DNA of 63,253 nucleotides, filler included, from Reclinomonas americana ATCC 50394 (Eukaryota): NCBI GenBank assembly GCA_048213135.1. It is 17 parts of 17 records of this genome, joined end to end, with 100 filler letters (N's around TTAATTAATTAA, not from the genome) between each part and the next. Parts side by side here need not be neighbours in the genome. Positions count along the whole stretch, not along the records: positions 48,198 to 63,253 come from AFZH01016858.1; 16 more parts are not named here. One strand, 5' to 3'. Shown piece by piece: positions 62,148 to 63,253 of this stretch (position 1 is its first letter; each line of letters starts with the position of its first letter). The notes under the pieces were generated by a model. It saw only the letters and a program-made list of their open reading frames with translations, ran no database searches and was not told where the DNA came from. The position numbers and the translations under genes were made by a program.

Positions 62148-63253
62148 TAGACGAACCAGAATGAATCCCCAGTTGATAGTGCACCACGAACTAGGCGTCG
62201 AATCGGCGATATCGCACGTTCTGCAGCCCGTGTAAGCAAGCGTAAAGAGCATCTGCACCAGCACGCAAACGCAACTCATAGCCCCAGTCAAACTCGGCAA
62301 AATCCGTGCGTTGGGCCTTGTGTCAGAGGCACACACGACGATGAGTCCACTGACAGTTTGCGCGTAATGATAATCGACTGTACGCAACGAGGCCCACAAC
62401 GACGGCTCGATTGCTTGCATCAAAGGTGATGGACTGACCAGAGCTCTGGCCAATTACGTTCTCGTTCAGCAATGTGGCCGACAGCAGCAGTCCCGTCGTC
62501 GGGTTGAAGCGTGCCACAAAGGCAATGCCGGGCGACGCGCCATTTCCCGTGTAGCGCTTCTTGAAGGCCATGGTACTTGTGGCAGGCATGGTGGACATGG
62601 TGGTTCCTGAATCGGAAAAGTAAGCCAAGGAGCACTAGAGGGGAAGAGGGGAAACTGCCCGCTCAATGCAAAGGAAAAGTTCGAACAGTGGATTGCACAG
62701 CAAAAGACGGTGATGTGGATGGGGTGGAGAGGCAGGAGAGAAAGACAACGAAAAAACAAGGTGATCGCTCTCACCTGTGATGCCAATGATGTCTGTCGAA
62801 TCAACGGCGACTCCATTCGCCACGTCGTTGTCATTGCCGCCCCATAACGCCACAAAAGGCACGGATGAGAACTGCGGATCGATCACGATGGCCAGTGCGT
62901 CGTTGCCGCCAGCTGAGAGGGAGGAGGTGAATCATGGAAGAAGGAAGGAGTTGTGTGACGACGCACGTCACACGCACCAGACTGTTTTCCGAAGATGGTG
63001 TTTCTGACGGTGGTGCCGTAAAGTCAGTTCTCAGTCTCTCTCTCTCATTTGCTCTTTGTGCGACTCACCTAGACGTGCCGCCAAGTACCATCTGGCCCAC
63101 GCTGTTGGTGGTGGCATCGTACACAACGTCGCTGTCGGTGCTGCCAAACCACGAACCCCTATCGTGGTGCAAGTGTGTATTTTAGGAAGGGACTCTTGAA
63201 CATAACGATCGGCATTGACATACCAATAGTACAGTGGCGGATCGACGGTCAGC
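50083..63253 (-). CDS. Very large receptor/adhesin-like membrane protein: beta-propeller and FN3-like N-part, PMP-type GGA(I/L)/FxxN repeats, Cys-rich region, multi-TM C-terminal domain; 5' end outside the window
   Basis: WGGNDNDVANGVAVDS (~62.8 kb); CTVTGLVSGSTYNF (~60.25 kb, FN3-like); many FSNNQAAQGGAL / FSSNVATSGIGGAL / FTQNTAGSSGGAV repeats (56.8-58.8 kb); CADGHYGPVCALCIPGYY (~54.75 kb); TM region with WGFFYEAY, YWEAIETFRKLIL, HLQIRPF. Confidence 0.8.

Noticed and set aside
1..63253. Alternative genetic code
   Set aside because: Conserved exons translate cleanly once introns are removed. TAA, TGA and TAG all appear as terminal stops.

Overview
Eukaryotic nuclear DNA from an intron-rich, probably flagellated microbial eukaryote using the standard genetic code. 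The lineage cannot be assigned from sequence alone. The window is a scaffold with 16 artificial 100-nt gap spacers (N44-TTAATTAATTAA-N44). Hand-spliced genes in order: CCDC42/CFAP73-like (3' part, +), RFC2/Rfc4 clamp-loader subunit (-), DPP4-family peptidase with a very long cytosolic N-tail (+), GH30 glucosylceramidase (-), GPS2-like coiled-coil protein (+), DDX3/Ded1 helicase with a repetitive C-tail (-), KynB/cyclase-family hydrolase (+), a large NHL-repeat/H-lectin-like protein (-), an unknown membrane protein (-), two paralogous micro-peptide genes (-), beta-carbonic anhydrase (-), amidinotransferase-superfamily enzyme (+), ADA2 (-), and a very large PMP-repeat/Cys-rich multi-TM receptor-like protein (-, 5' end outside the window). 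Four observations stand out. (1) A tandem pair of 48/63-aa Pro-rich peptide genes shares a GLGNC(M/F)GAP core that is conserved through synonymous substitutions, resembling a peptide precursor. (2) An abundant register-shifted splice donor class, GTTG(C/A/T)G. (3) A 4x tandem TATA+E2F-like module. (4) Repeated local duplication of first exons. Gene spans include introns. Exon boundaries and family calls come from reading motifs by eye, not from database searches.
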